Below, in pieces: positions 37,261-51,577 of a stretch of DNA of 64,000 nt. The position numbers were made by a program, and so were the translations under genes. The DNA is taken from positions 9,004 through 73,003 of the forward strand of contig JALHLR010000004.1 in assembly GCA_022844475.1 (NCBI GenBank), in the 5' to 3' direction. The notes under the pieces were generated by a model that made no database searches, had not been told where the DNA came from, and saw only the letters and a list, made by a program, of their open reading frames with translations. The stretch's first letter is position 1; each line of letters starts with the position of its first letter. Source of the DNA: Hyphomonadaceae bacterium (GTDB lineage: Bacteria; Pseudomonadota; Alphaproteobacteria; Caulobacterales; Hyphomonadaceae).

Positions 37261-37301
37261 AGCGGCGGTTCTTCCTTGCGGGAGGACCGCCGCTACTTTT
37301 T
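37261..37301 (+). terminator. Strong rho-independent terminator after the TonB-dependent receptor
   Basis: AGCGGCGGTTCTTCC-TTGC-GGGAGGACCGCCGCT (15-bp stem including G-U pairs) followed by ACTTTTT. Confidence 0.8.
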
Positions 37302-37318
37302 GAGGTACACCTCAGGTC

Positions 37319-38578
37319 ATGGACGAGATCGCCACACTCATCCGGCAGGCGGAGGCCGCTGCAAACTCCGGTCAATGGGCTGCGGCCGAGAAGCTGTGGC
37401 TCGAGGTCCGCAGGCGCGACCCGGGCAATCCACGCGCAGCCTTCAGCCTCGGCGTCCACGCGATGCAGCGTCGCTCGTTCGCCGAAGCGTGCACTCTGAT
37501 CGAGGAGGCGCAAGGCGCATCGCCGGCCGATCCCTTCATTCTCCTGACACTTTCCAAGGCACGCCGCGAGAACGGCGACGCAGAAGGCGAAAGCGCCGCC
37601 ATCGAGCACGCACTGGCCGTGGACCCGTATTTTCTTCCAGCCCTACTTGCGAAAGCCCAGCGACTGGAGCGGTTGGGACACAGGCCAACAGCGGCGATGT
37701 TCTTCCGCAATGCTGTGAAGGTTGCAGGGCCTGAGAAATCGTGGCCCGACGTCCTCCGCGGACAGCTAGTTCATGCGCGTGAAGTCGCAGAAGCTTTCGC
37801 ACGGGACAAACATGCGCATCTCGACGCGGCAATCGCGCCTTTGATGTCCTCGCTCGCGCGCGGTCAAGCCGAGCGCTGGCGTGAGGCTGCATCGATCATG
37901 GCAGGCGTCACAGCGCCCTATCGCCAAAAAGCGAACCAGCTTTATGTGCCGCGGCTTCCAGCCATTCCGTTCTACGACCGGTCATGTTTTGCATGGGCGG
38001 GGGAACTCGAAGCACGGACCGCAATCATACGCGAAGAGTTGCGAGCAGCGCTGGCTGACGAAAGCCAGGATTTCTCGCCTTACATCACGCTTCGCCCCGG
38101 ACAGCCCGTAGACCAGTGGCGCGACCTCAACCATTCGGCCAGGTGGCGCCACTACGGCCTATGGCGGAATGGTGAGCCAGATCGGAGACGCCTGGAACGC
38201 TGCCCTGAGACGTCGCGGGGGCTGGAGGGCGTTGACATGGCGTCGATCGCCGGCCTGTGCCCGAACGCCATGTTTTCGGCGCTGGCCCCGCACACGGAGA
38301 TCCCACCACACACCGGAGAGACCAACGCCCGGCTGGTCGTCCACCTGCCGCTGATCGTCCCGGAAAAATGCACCTACCGCGTCGGGTTCGAGCACCGGAA
38401 CTGGAAGGAAGGCGAACTCCTGATCTTCGACGATACGATCGAGCACACCGCGCGCAACGACAGCGACGAGTTGCGTGTCGTTCTCATATTCGATGTCTGG
38501 AACCCCTTGCTGGCGCCGGAAGAGCGGGAAGTGGTGAGGGCGCTGGCGGCCGCCAACAGTACGCCTCTGCCCGCCTGA
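37319..38578 (+). CDS. TPR-repeat N-terminal domain fused to aspartyl/asparaginyl beta-hydroxylase (2OG oxygenase) domain
   Basis: TPR-like helices at the N-terminus. C-terminal HTEIPPHTGETNARLVVHLPLIVP...LIFDDTIEHTARNDSDELRVVLIFDVWNP. Confidence 0.8.
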   Translation: MDEIATLIRQAEAAANSGQWAAAEKLWLEVRRRDPGNPRAAFSLGVHAMQRRSFAEACTLIEEAQGASPADPFILLTLSKARRENGDAEGESAAIEHALAVDPYFLPALLAKAQRLERLGHRPTAAMFFRNAVKVAGPEKSWPDVLRGQLVHAREVAEAFARDKHAHLDAAIAPLMSSLARGQAERWREAASIMAGVTAPYRQKANQLYVPRLPAIPFYDRSCFAWAGELEARTAIIREELRAALADESQDFSPYITLRPGQPVDQWRDLNHSARWRHYGLWRNGEPDRRRLERCPETSRGLEGVDMASIAGLCPNAMFSALAPHTEIPPHTGETNARLVVHLPLIVPEKCTYRVGFEHRNWKEGELLIFDDTIEHTARNDSDELRVVLIFDVWNPLLAPEEREVVRALAAANSTPLPA

Positions 38579-38829
38579 GGGCCAACGAAACAAATTTCGC
38601 GGTTCCACGTCATGGCAGCAAGCACTTGCGCCATCCGGCGCTCATGCGGGCATCGTTCGCGCAGGACCGCCGGAAGCCGAAAATCGCTTGCAGAGGCATG
38701 TCACGTGCGCACACAACCCCTTAAGGACAGCTCCACGCAAATCTTGCCGCATGTCGGGCTATTCCATTGAAATTCTGTGCCTAGCTGGTAGGCGCTCAGT
38801 CTCACTGACCATTTGACGAGTTTACGCGC

Positions 38830-43476
<4,647 letters not shown>

Positions 43477-43494
43477 AGACAGGGGAGCATCATC

Positions 43495-44970
43495 ATGGGC
43501 AAGCCCACAGGCTTCCTCGAATACGAGAAGAAAGAACGCGCCTACGAAGAGCCGGAGGCACGCAAGAAGAACTACGCTGAATTCCTGAGGCGCATGGACA
43601 ATGCGGAAATCCGCATCCAGGCCGCGCGCTGCATGGATTGCGGGATCCCGTTCTGCCAGGGCACCGGCTCGATCGCCCCGGGTACGCCGGGCTGCCCGGT
43701 CAACAACCAGATCCCTGACTGGAACAATCTCGTCCTGCGCGATCACTGGAAGACCGCGCTCGAGAACCTGCACTCCACCAACAACTTCCCGGAGTTCACC
43801 GGGCGCGTATGCCCCGCTCCGTGCGAAGCCTCGTGCGTCCTGAACATCAACGAGAACCCCGTCTCGATCAAAACCATCGAGTGCGAGATCATCGATCGCG
43901 GCTGGGACGAAGGCTGGATCAAGCCCCAGTCCGCGCCGCGTGGATCAGGCAAGCGCGTCGCGGTCGTCGGCTCCGGCCCTGCCGGTCTGGCATGCGCCCA
44001 GCAGCTCGCGCGAGCGGGACATTCCCCGACCGTGTTCGAGAAATCGGACCGCATCGGCGGCCTGCTCCGCTACGGAATCCCCGACTTCAAGATGGAGAAG
44101 AAACACATCGACCTGCGCATGCGCCAGATGGAGGGCGAAGGCGTCATCTTCCGCCCGCGCATGCATGTCGGCATCGACGTGTCGGTGCAGCGCCTGCTCG
44201 ACGACTACCAGGTCATCGTGCTGGCCGGCGGCGCCGAGAAGCCACGCGATCTGCCTGTGCCCGGCCGCGAACTCGACGGCGTCCATTACGCGATGGATTT
44301 CCTCACGCAGCAGAACAAGCGCGTCGCCGGCGACGACGAGAATGCCGCCGCGCCCGGCGGCACGATCACGGCGACAGGCAAGCACGTCATCGTCATCGGC
44401 GGCGGCGACACGGGCTCGGACTGCATCGGCACCTCGAACCGCCACGGCGCAGCCAGCGTCACGCAGCTGGAAATCATGCCCCGCCCGCCCGCCCACGAGA
44501 ACAAGGCGCTGACCTGGCCCGACTGGCCGCTGAAGCTGCGCACCTCCTCAAGCCACGAGGAAGGCGCCGAGCGCGACTGGTCGGTCATCACCAAGCGCGC
44601 CATCGGCGACGGCGGCAAGGTAAAGGCCCTCGTCTGCGCACGGGTCGAATGGGTGAAAGGCGCGCGCGGCATGGAGATGCAGGAAGTCGCCGGCTCCGAA
44701 TTCGAACTGAAGGCCGACCTGGTCCTGCTCGCCATGGGCTTCACTGGCCCCATCGTGCCCGGTCTGCTCGACCAGACCAAAGCTGTGCTCGACCCGCGTG
44801 GCAATGTTGCAGCAAGCACTGACGACTACAAGACCAGCGCCGACCGCATCTTCGCCTGTGGCGACATGCGACGCGGACAATCGCTGGTCGTATGGGCGAT
44901 CCGCGAGGGCCGCCAGTGCGCGAGGGCCGTCGACGAGTATCTGATGGGCGTAAGCAACCTGCCTCGCTAG
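43495..44970 (+). CDS. gltD: Glutamate synthase (NADPH) small subunit
   Basis: Cys clusters CMDCGIPFC and [10 protein letters not shown]. Dinucleotide folds [11 protein letters not shown] and [11 protein letters not shown]. Confidence 0.95.
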   Translation: MGKPTGFLEYEKKERAYEEPEARKKNYAEFLRRMDNAEIRIQAARCMDCGIPFCQGTGSIAPGTPGCPVNNQIPDWNNLVLRDHWKTALENLHSTNNFPEFTGRVCPAPCEASCVLNINENPVSIKTIECEIIDRGWDEGWIKPQSAPRGSGKRVAVVGSGPAGLACAQQLARAGHSPTVFEKSDRIGGLLRYGIPDFKMEKKHIDLRMRQMEGEGVIFRPRMHVGIDVSVQRLLDDYQVIVLAGGAEKPRDLPVPGRELDGVHYAMDFLTQQNKRVAGDDENAAAPGGTITATGKHVIVIGGGDTGSDCIGTSNRHGAASVTQLEIMPRPPAHENKALTWPDWPLKLRTSSSHEEGAERDWSVITKRAIGDGGKVKALVCARVEWVKGARGMEMQEVAGSEFELKADLVLLAMGFTGPIVPGLLDQTKAVLDPRGNVAASTDDYKTSADRIFACGDMRRGQSLVVWAIREGRQCARAVDEYLMGVSNLPR

Positions 44971-45076
44971 GAGACATGCCGCTCTATGCTCGAGTTCCGC
45001 AAGGTGAGATCAGCGCCGATTTGACGTTCGCTCGCCCCGGCTCCACCTTGCCGCGAGTTTCACGCGAGGCTACCTG

Positions 45077-46222
45077 ATGAAATCGCCCATCTGCGAGATG
45101 CTCGGCATCGACTTCCCGCTGCTCGCCTTCAGCCACTGCCGCGATGTGGTTGCGGCCGTCTCGCGCGCCGGCGGCATGGGCGTGTTCGGCGCGGTCAACC
45201 TGCCGCCAGCTCGTCTGCGCGAAGAACTCACATGGATCGATGCGCATTGCGGCGGCAAGCCCTACGGCGTTGACCTGATCGTGCCCAACGCCATGGAGGG
45301 TAAGTCCGGAGCCTTCAGCAGCGAGGCGCTTCTTGCCGCCGTGCCGCAGGTGCACAAGGATTTCGCTAGCGGGATCCTCACGTCTCACGGCGTCGAGCCC
45401 GGCAATCTGGAGGATGATCGCAAGCGCAGCGTCGGATTTGCTCGCAACATGCGCGCAGACGGCGCCGCCAGCGCACTCGAGGTCGCGTTCCAGTTTCCGA
45501 TCCGCCTGATCGCAAACGCGCTCGGCGTGCCGCCCCATGAGATGCTGGAGATGGGCAAGCGTCATGGCGTACCGGTGGCCGCCCTCGTCGGCGCCAAGGA
45601 GCATGCCGTCGCACAGGTGCAGTCCGGCGTCGATATTCTCGTGGTCGCGGGTGGCGAAGCTGGCGGCCATTGCGGCGAGGTCTCCACCATGGTGCTCATC
45701 CCGGAAGTGCACCGCGCCGTGCAGGCGATGGGCGCGACCACGCCCATCCTCGCCGCCGGCGGCATCACCACGGGAACACAGATGGCCGCCGCCATGTCGA
45801 TGGGCGCAGCTGGCGCGTGGTGCGGCTCTGTCTGGCTGACCACGACGGAGGCCGAGACCAGCGAAACCATCAAGCAGAAGATGCTTGCCGCAACGTCGCG
45901 CGATACTGTCCGCTCGCGCTCGCGCACGGGAAAGCCATCGCGCCAGCTCCGTTCACCCTGGACCGATGCGTGGGAACGCGAAGACGCCCCCTCGCCGCTC
46001 GGCATGCCGCTCCAGAGCTTCGTTTCTGAGCCAGCTCTCCGGCGGATCAACGCCCTCGCCGAGACGGGACACGAGGGCGCGAAACAACTGGCAACCTACT
46101 GGGTCGGCCAGGGCGTCGGCCTGATGAACCAGTCGATGTCCTGTGGCCAGGTCGTCCAGCAGTTCCGTGAGGAGTTTCTCGAAGCGCGCGAGCGGCTGAT
46201 CGCGCTGCTGGACGAGGGCTAA
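45077..46222 (+). CDS. Nitronate monooxygenase (NMO / 2-nitropropane dioxygenase family)
   Basis: MLGIDFPLLAFSH, GGMGVFG and VVAGGEAGGH motifs. Confidence 0.85.
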   Translation: MKSPICEMLGIDFPLLAFSHCRDVVAAVSRAGGMGVFGAVNLPPARLREELTWIDAHCGGKPYGVDLIVPNAMEGKSGAFSSEALLAAVPQVHKDFASGILTSHGVEPGNLEDDRKRSVGFARNMRADGAASALEVAFQFPIRLIANALGVPPHEMLEMGKRHGVPVAALVGAKEHAVAQVQSGVDILVVAGGEAGGHCGEVSTMVLIPEVHRAVQAMGATTPILAAGGITTGTQMAAAMSMGAAGAWCGSVWLTTTEAETSETIKQKMLAATSRDTVRSRSRTGKPSRQLRSPWTDAWEREDAPSPLGMPLQSFVSEPALRRINALAETGHEGAKQLATYWVGQGVGLMNQSMSCGQVVQQFREEFLEARERLIALLDEG

Positions 46223-46311
46223 AGCGGGGATTTGCGCTAAGGCGCGACCGCCCCTATATGCCGCGCCTTGGTCCGGTGTGCGTTGCGCCACCCCCATGAA
46301 GGACGACGCAG

Positions 46312-47943
46312 ATGCTCCGCATTCAGGAACTCAAGCTGCCGCTCGATCACCCCGAGCCCGCGCTGAGACAGGCGGTCCTGAAGCGCCTCGGCGTTTCCGA
46401 GCAGAATCTAGTCTCATTTACCGTGTTCAAGCGCGCGTATGACGCCCGCAAAACGTCGGCAATCCAGCTCATCTACACGATCGATGCGGAGGTGAAGGAG
46501 GAGGCCTCTGTCCTGAAGCGGCTGTCGAAGGACAAGCAGATCGTCCGCACACCTGACCTGAACTACCGCCCCCCCGTGAAGGCTTCTGGCGGCATGAAGC
46601 GGCCAGTCGTCGTAGGCATGGGACCATGCGGCCTGTTCGCCGGTCTGTTGCTCGCGGAGATGGGTTTCGACCCGATCATCCTGGAGCGCGGTAAAATCGT
46701 CCGCGAGCGTACGGTCGATACCTTCAAGTTCTGGCGCAAGGGCATTCTCAACCCGGGCTCGAACGCCCAGTTCGGCGAAGGCGGCGCAGGCACGTTTTCG
46801 GACGGAAAGCTCTATTCCCAGATCAAGGACCCGCGCCATCTGGGACGAAAGGTCCTGACCGAATTCGTCGAGGCCGGCGCGCCCGACGAAATCCTGTACG
46901 TTTCCAAGCCCCACATCGGCACCTTCCGCCTTGTTTCGATGATCGAGCACATGCGCGGAAAGATCGAGAGGCTCGGCGGGGAGATCCGTTTCGAGCATCA
47001 GGTGACCGACATCCTCCTGCACGAACGCGAGGGAGAGAAGCAGGTCGCCGGGGTCGTTCTTGCGAATGGTGAGGCGATCGAGACCAACCATCTCGTCATG
47101 GCGCTTGGCCACTCCGCCCGCGACACGTTCGAGATGCTGCATCGTCGCGGCGTGTTCTTCGAGGCGAAGCCGTTCTCCATCGGCGTCCGCATCGAGCATC
47201 CACAATCCATCATCGACTGCGCCCGCTTTGGTCCCAGCGCAGGCCACCCCATTCTCGGCGCCGCCGATTACAAGCTGGCCCATCACGCCAGCAATGGACG
47301 CAGCGTCTACTCGTTCTGCATGTGCCCTGGTGGAACCGTCGTTGCGGCCGCGTCCGAGGACGGCCGCCTTGTCACCAACGGCATGAGCCAGTATTCGCGC
47401 CACGAGCGCAACGCGAATGCGGGCATCGTCGTGGGCGTAACCCCCGAAGACTTTCCGGCAGATGCGCGCGCCAATCCCCTCGCAGGCATCGCCTTCCAGC
47501 GGCATTGGGAGGAGAAGGCATTCATCGCTGGCGGCGCATCATGGTTCGCCCCCTGCCAGCTCGTGGGCGACTTCCTGAAGGACCAACCCTCGACCGCGCT
47601 GGGCTCGGTGATCCCGTCCTACAAGCCCGGCGTCACGCCAACCGACCTAAATCTCTGCCTGCCGGAATACGCGACAATCGCCATGCGCGAGGCGCTGCAG
47701 GCCTTCGGCCGCCAGATAGAGGGCTTCTCGATGGAGGAGGCTGTGATGACCGGAGTCGAAACGCGCACATCCAGCCCTGTGCGGATGACACGCGGGGCAG
47801 ACTTCCAATCATTGAATGTGAAGGGGCTATACCCCTCGGGCGAGGGCGCAGGCTATGCAGGCGGGATTCTCTCCGCAGCCGTGGATGGCATCAAGGTGGC
47901 GGAATCGCTGGCTCTGGCGGCAGTCGGGCGCCAAGCGGCCTGA
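46312..47943 (+). CDS. NAD(P)/FAD-dependent oxidoreductase (COG2509-type)
   Basis: VVVGMGPCGLFAGL dinucleotide fold, FCMCPGG and GEGAGYAGGI motifs. Confidence 0.8.
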   Translation: MLRIQELKLPLDHPEPALRQAVLKRLGVSEQNLVSFTVFKRAYDARKTSAIQLIYTIDAEVKEEASVLKRLSKDKQIVRTPDLNYRPPVKASGGMKRPVVVGMGPCGLFAGLLLAEMGFDPIILERGKIVRERTVDTFKFWRKGILNPGSNAQFGEGGAGTFSDGKLYSQIKDPRHLGRKVLTEFVEAGAPDEILYVSKPHIGTFRLVSMIEHMRGKIERLGGEIRFEHQVTDILLHEREGEKQVAGVVLANGEAIETNHLVMALGHSARDTFEMLHRRGVFFEAKPFSIGVRIEHPQSIIDCARFGPSAGHPILGAADYKLAHHASNGRSVYSFCMCPGGTVVAAASEDGRLVTNGMSQYSRHERNANAGIVVGVTPEDFPADARANPLAGIAFQRHWEEKAFIAGGASWFAPCQLVGDFLKDQPSTALGSVIPSYKPGVTPTDLNLCLPEYATIAMREALQAFGRQIEGFSMEEAVMTGVETRTSSPVRMTRGADFQSLNVKGLYPSGEGAGYAGGILSAAVDGIKVAESLALAAVGRQAA

Positions 47944-48005
47944 CGGACAAGCGCCAGCCGGCATATCTGCCGACTGACGCAGTGTGCTACACGAGAGTCA
48001 GGGCC

Positions 48006-48293
48006 CTATTCGTCGCTTCTGTTGCGCAGCATGATCACCGCTGCGACCACGGCTCCCACAGCCGCACCGATCGCCAGAGTCCGCAGCGGATGCTCGCGTA
48101 CCTCGCGAACAACGAATTTCGCAGCCTTTCGGCCGCTCTTCGCTGCGCCTTCGGCGAATTCGCCCGCAAATTCCTGCGCGCCGCCGAGAGCGCGTTTCGC
48201 ACGTTCTGAAAGTTCCGACATATCGCCCGCCACTCTCCCGGCCAGGTTCTCGACCGAGTTCCTGTAATCTGCTTCCGTACGACGTCCTGCCAT
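48006..48293 (-). CDS. DUF883 / ElaB-YqjD-like tail-anchored small protein
   Basis: 95 aa. Helical N-terminus and C-terminal HPLRTLAIGAAVGAVVAAVI TM anchor. Confidence 0.6.
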   Translation of the reverse strand: MAGRRTEADYRNSVENLAGRVAGDMSELSERAKRALGGAQEFAGEFAEGAAKSGRKAAKFVVREVREHPLRTLAIGAAVGAVVAAVIMLRNRSDE

Positions 48294-48386
48294 GTTCAGT
48301 CTCCGCTTCCGACCCGAAACGCTCCAGGTACTGAATTGGTTCCACTGATCTGGCGCCCGTAGAGGATTTCAGAATAACCTCAGCTC

Positions 48387-48836
48387 ATGGCTACTGCCCA
48401 GCAGCAACTGGACGGCTTTCTGAAAAAGTATTCGCCGGAGATGGAAAAACTCGGGTGCGCCGCGATCGCGCACCTCAGAAAACGCCTGCCGGGCGCAATC
48501 TGTCTGGTCTACGACAACTACAACGCGCTTGCCGTCGGCTTCGGGCCAACGGCGAAAGCTTCCGCCCTTCCTATTTCGATCGCACTGTACCCGCGATGGG
48601 CGACGCTTTTTCTGATGTTCGGCGCCACACTCGATGACCCTGAAGGCCTGCTCGAAGGCAAGGGGCCGCGCATCCGGTCGGTGCGGCTGGACGGGCTTGG
48701 CATGCTCAAGTCGGAGCCAGTGGACGCGCTGGTAACCGCGGCGGTGCTGCAGGCGGGCTGGACGCTGGATCGCAAGGCCAAGGGCGAGGTGGTTATTCAG
48801 TCGGTGTCCGAAAAGCAGCGCCCTCGCCGTCCCTGA
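48387..48836 (+). CDS. Hypothetical protein (possibly DUF1801-like)
   Basis: 149 aa with good coding character. The family suggestion is weak. Confidence 0.45.
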   Translation: MATAQQQLDGFLKKYSPEMEKLGCAAIAHLRKRLPGAICLVYDNYNALAVGFGPTAKASALPISIALYPRWATLFLMFGATLDDPEGLLEGKGPRIRSVRLDGLGMLKSEPVDALVTAAVLQAGWTLDRKAKGEVVIQSVSEKQRPRRP

Positions 48837-48960
48837 CACCCTCCCCGCGCAAAAGGGAAGCTGACCCTCCGTCTCGACAAAATGTTAAGGCACATGCCTT
48901 AGGATTTTCCTTCTATTGTTGCCTGTCAGCTGGTCCGGCGGGCGCAAGTCCGGAACGAAC

Positions 48961-50052
48961 ATGGCCGCCTTCACGCTTCTTTCACCCGGCGACCCCGCCC
49001 CAAGAGTGATGCAGCGCAATTCCAGCGGGGAGCGCTACAACCTCGATCTCGCTGCTGGCCGTTCGCTCGTGCTGTGCTTCTTTCGCAGCAGCACTTCCCC
49101 CCACGCCGCCGCGGTGCTCGCCGCAATCAGAGAGCGTCGTGACTTGTTCGACGACTTCCACGCCGCATTCTTCGGCATCACGACCGACCGGGAGGACGAG
49201 GCGCAGAAGCGCCTCACCACCATCGTGCCGGGCTACCGTTTCTTCTGGGACTACGACAACAAGATCGCCCGCGCGTATGGCGTCGCACCGCTCGATGACG
49301 GCGAGGGCATGTATTTCGGCAAGTGGGTCATCATCAATCCCATGATGCGGGTCACCGCCGTCATCCCGTTCCGGGAGGATCGAGGCGACATCGCCGAGGC
49401 GCTCGATCATGTCGCAAGGATGTCGCCCGCGGGCCGCATCGCTGGCATGGATATCCAGGCGCCAGTGATCGTCCTCGAAAACGTGCTCGATCAGGAGACC
49501 TGTCGCCAGTTAATCGCAGGCTATAGGGCGGCTGACCGCGAACTGTCTGGCGTGATGCGCGAAATCGATGGCCGCACGCGCCTGGTCCACGACGACCTGC
49601 AAAAGCGCCGACGGGACTACATTCTCACCGACGAAGCAGAACGCAAGAGCATCACCGCGCACATTCGGCGCCGCATCGTGCCGGAGATAGAAAAGATTCA
49701 TCAGTTCGCGGCGACACGCATCGAACGCTATCTCGTTGCCTGCTACGCCGCCGAAGACGAAGCCCACTTCCGGCCACATCGCGACAACACGACAAAAGGC
49801 ACGGCGCATCGCCGCTTCGCAGTTTCGATAAATCTCAGCGAGGATTTCGATGGCGGTGAAGTCGTGTTTCCAGAGTACGGCTCCCGCGGTTTCCGCCCGA
49901 CAGCAGGCGGCGCGGTTGTCTTCTCATGCTCGCTGCTGCACGCCGTGACGCAGGTCACGCGCGGACGGCGCTACGCCTTCCTGCCCTTTCTCTACGACGA
50001 CGCTGCAGCGCAGATTCGCGAGCAGAACAGGCAGTTCGTCGAGGAGCCCTAG
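48961..50052 (+). CDS. Fusion of a redoxin/peroxiredoxin-like N-terminal domain (no active-site Cys seen) to a 2OG-Fe(II) oxygenase (prolyl-4-hydroxylase-like) domain
   Basis: N-terminal LSPGDPAP...SLVLCFFRS resembles a thioredoxin-fold AhpC/TSA start. C-terminal HRDN...GGEVVFPEYG...LLHAVTQVTRGRRY carries an HxD...H...R facial-triad pattern. Confidence 0.7.
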   Translation: MAAFTLLSPGDPAPRVMQRNSSGERYNLDLAAGRSLVLCFFRSSTSPHAAAVLAAIRERRDLFDDFHAAFFGITTDREDEAQKRLTTIVPGYRFFWDYDNKIARAYGVAPLDDGEGMYFGKWVIINPMMRVTAVIPFREDRGDIAEALDHVARMSPAGRIAGMDIQAPVIVLENVLDQETCRQLIAGYRAADRELSGVMREIDGRTRLVHDDLQKRRRDYILTDEAERKSITAHIRRRIVPEIEKIHQFAATRIERYLVACYAAEDEAHFRPHRDNTTKGTAHRRFAVSINLSEDFDGGEVVFPEYGSRGFRPTAGGAVVFSCSLLHAVTQVTRGRRYAFLPFLYDDAAAQIREQNRQFVEEP

Positions 50053-51404
50053 GTCGAAGCCTGCTCCAGACGCGCGCGCGCCTTCTCTGCCCCGATCAGC
50101 AGCAGCATCCGATCCATCTCTGGTCCGTGCTCCTGATCCGTCAGCACGCGGCGCAGCGGCTGGAACAACCCCTTGCCCTTGCGGCCGGTCTTGGCCTTCA
50201 CAGCTTCGACCCACGCCTTCCAGGTCTCAAGTGTCGCGTCGCCGGCCGGAAACAGCTTCGCCGCATCACCGACAAATGCCCTGTCATCGACGTCCAGATC
50301 CGGGCCCGTCAGCCCGCCGCCATAGACCACGGCCAACCACAGCGCTGCATCGGGCACGCCCTGCAGGTTGCCACGAACGACGTCCCAGAATTCCGGCGTC
50401 GCCTGGTCGCCGTAGGCGAGCTTCTCCAGCCTCGGCTTCACCGTCTCGAAGCTCATCGCATGCACGATCTGCGCATTGAGCCCGTTGAGCTCATTCTCGT
50501 CGAAGCGAGCCGGCGCGCGGCCCATCTTTGAGAACGAGAACTCCAGCGCCAGCTGCTGCAGACTCTCCCGTGCTTCAACCGGATCCGACGTGCCGATCTT
50601 CGACAGCAGAGACAGCAGCGCCAGCGGCTCGTAGCCCTCGTTGCGAAGCTGTTCCGCCGACAACGAACCGAGCCGCTTCGACAGCCCCTGTCCGTCTGCT
50701 CCGATCAGCAGCGGCATGTGCGCCATTTCGGGCGGCTGGGCCCCCAGCGCGAGAAAGATCTCGATCTGCGCGCCGGAATTGGTGACGTGATCCTCGCCGC
50801 GAATGACATGTGTGATCTTCGCATCCACATCGTCCACCACAGACGGCATCGTATAGAGAAACGATCCATCCTCACGGATCAGAACGGGGTCTGACACCGA
50901 CGACGTGTCGATCGACTGCTGCCCGCGCACGAGATCGTTCCACTCCGCGCGACCACCCGAAAGCTTGAAACGCCAGTGCGGTTTGCGGCCTTCGGCCTCC
51001 AGCGCCTTGCGCTGCTCATCCGTCAACTCCAGCGCCGCGCGGTCATAGACCGGCGGCTTGCCGCGGCTCAGCGCGATCTTCTTGCGGCGCTCCAGCTCGT
51101 CGGCTGTTTCGTAGCAGGGATAGAGCAGCCCCTTGGCCTTCAGCTCCTCGGCGGCTTGTCGATAGCGCTCGAACTTCTCGGACTGCTTGAAGGTCTCTTC
51201 CCACGTCATTCCCAGCCATGTGAGATCGCGCCGGATACCTTCCTCGTTCTCCTTGGTGGAGCGCTCCAGGTCCGTGTCGTCGATACGCAGCACGAACGTG
51301 CCGCCCTGGCCTTTCGCGAAAAGCCAGTTGACCAAGGCGGTACGGATGTTCCCGACGTGCAACTTGCCCGTGGGCGAAGGCGCAAAGCGGACTTTGACGG
51401 TCAT
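50049..51404 (-). CDS. gltX: Glutamate--tRNA ligase
   Basis: RFAPSPTGKLHVGNIR (HIGH region) and GLSKRLGS (KMSKS region). Start at MTVKVRFAPSPTG. Confidence 0.92.
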   Translation of the reverse strand: MTVKVRFAPSPTGKLHVGNIRTALVNWLFAKGQGGTFVLRIDDTDLERSTKENEEGIRRDLTWLGMTWEETFKQSEKFERYRQAAEELKAKGLLYPCYETADELERRKKIALSRGKPPVYDRAALELTDEQRKALEAEGRKPHWRFKLSGGRAEWNDLVRGQQSIDTSSVSDPVLIREDGSFLYTMPSVVDDVDAKITHVIRGEDHVTNSGAQIEIFLALGAQPPEMAHMPLLIGADGQGLSKRLGSLSAEQLRNEGYEPLALLSLLSKIGTSDPVEARESLQQLALEFSFSKMGRAPARFDENELNGLNAQIVHAMSFETVKPRLEKLAYGDQATPEFWDVVRGNLQGVPDAALWLAVVYGGGLTGPDLDVDDRAFVGDAAKLFPAGDATLETWKAWVEAVKAKTGRKGKGLFQPLRRVLTDQEHGPEMDRMLLLIGAEKARARLEQAST

Positions 51405-51528
51405 GTGCGGCGTTTCCGGGTTACGGAGGGGATGCCGGATGCATGTACCCATCCGGCCCGGCTTGGCAAGCTGAGGCGGCCAGCCGCAGCGCCATCGCCC
51501 CGCGGACGCGCGCGGCCGCAACGCAAAC

Positions 51529-51552
51529 GGGCCTGCCGTCGCCGGCAAGCCC
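51529..51552 (-). terminator. Candidate terminator downstream of lon
   Basis: On the minus strand, GGGCUUGCCG-GCGA-CGGCAGGCCC (10 bp including one G-U) followed by GUUUGCGUUG. Confidence 0.5.
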
Positions 51553-51577
51553 GCTGATGCACGTTATGTCGTCTCGC

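Noticed and set aside
38613-38630. Sigma54-like TGGCAG...TTGCG upstream of gltB.
   Set aside because: The spacer between the GG and GC elements is two nucleotides too long (N7 instead of N5 between TGGCAC and TTGC). This is likely a chance match.
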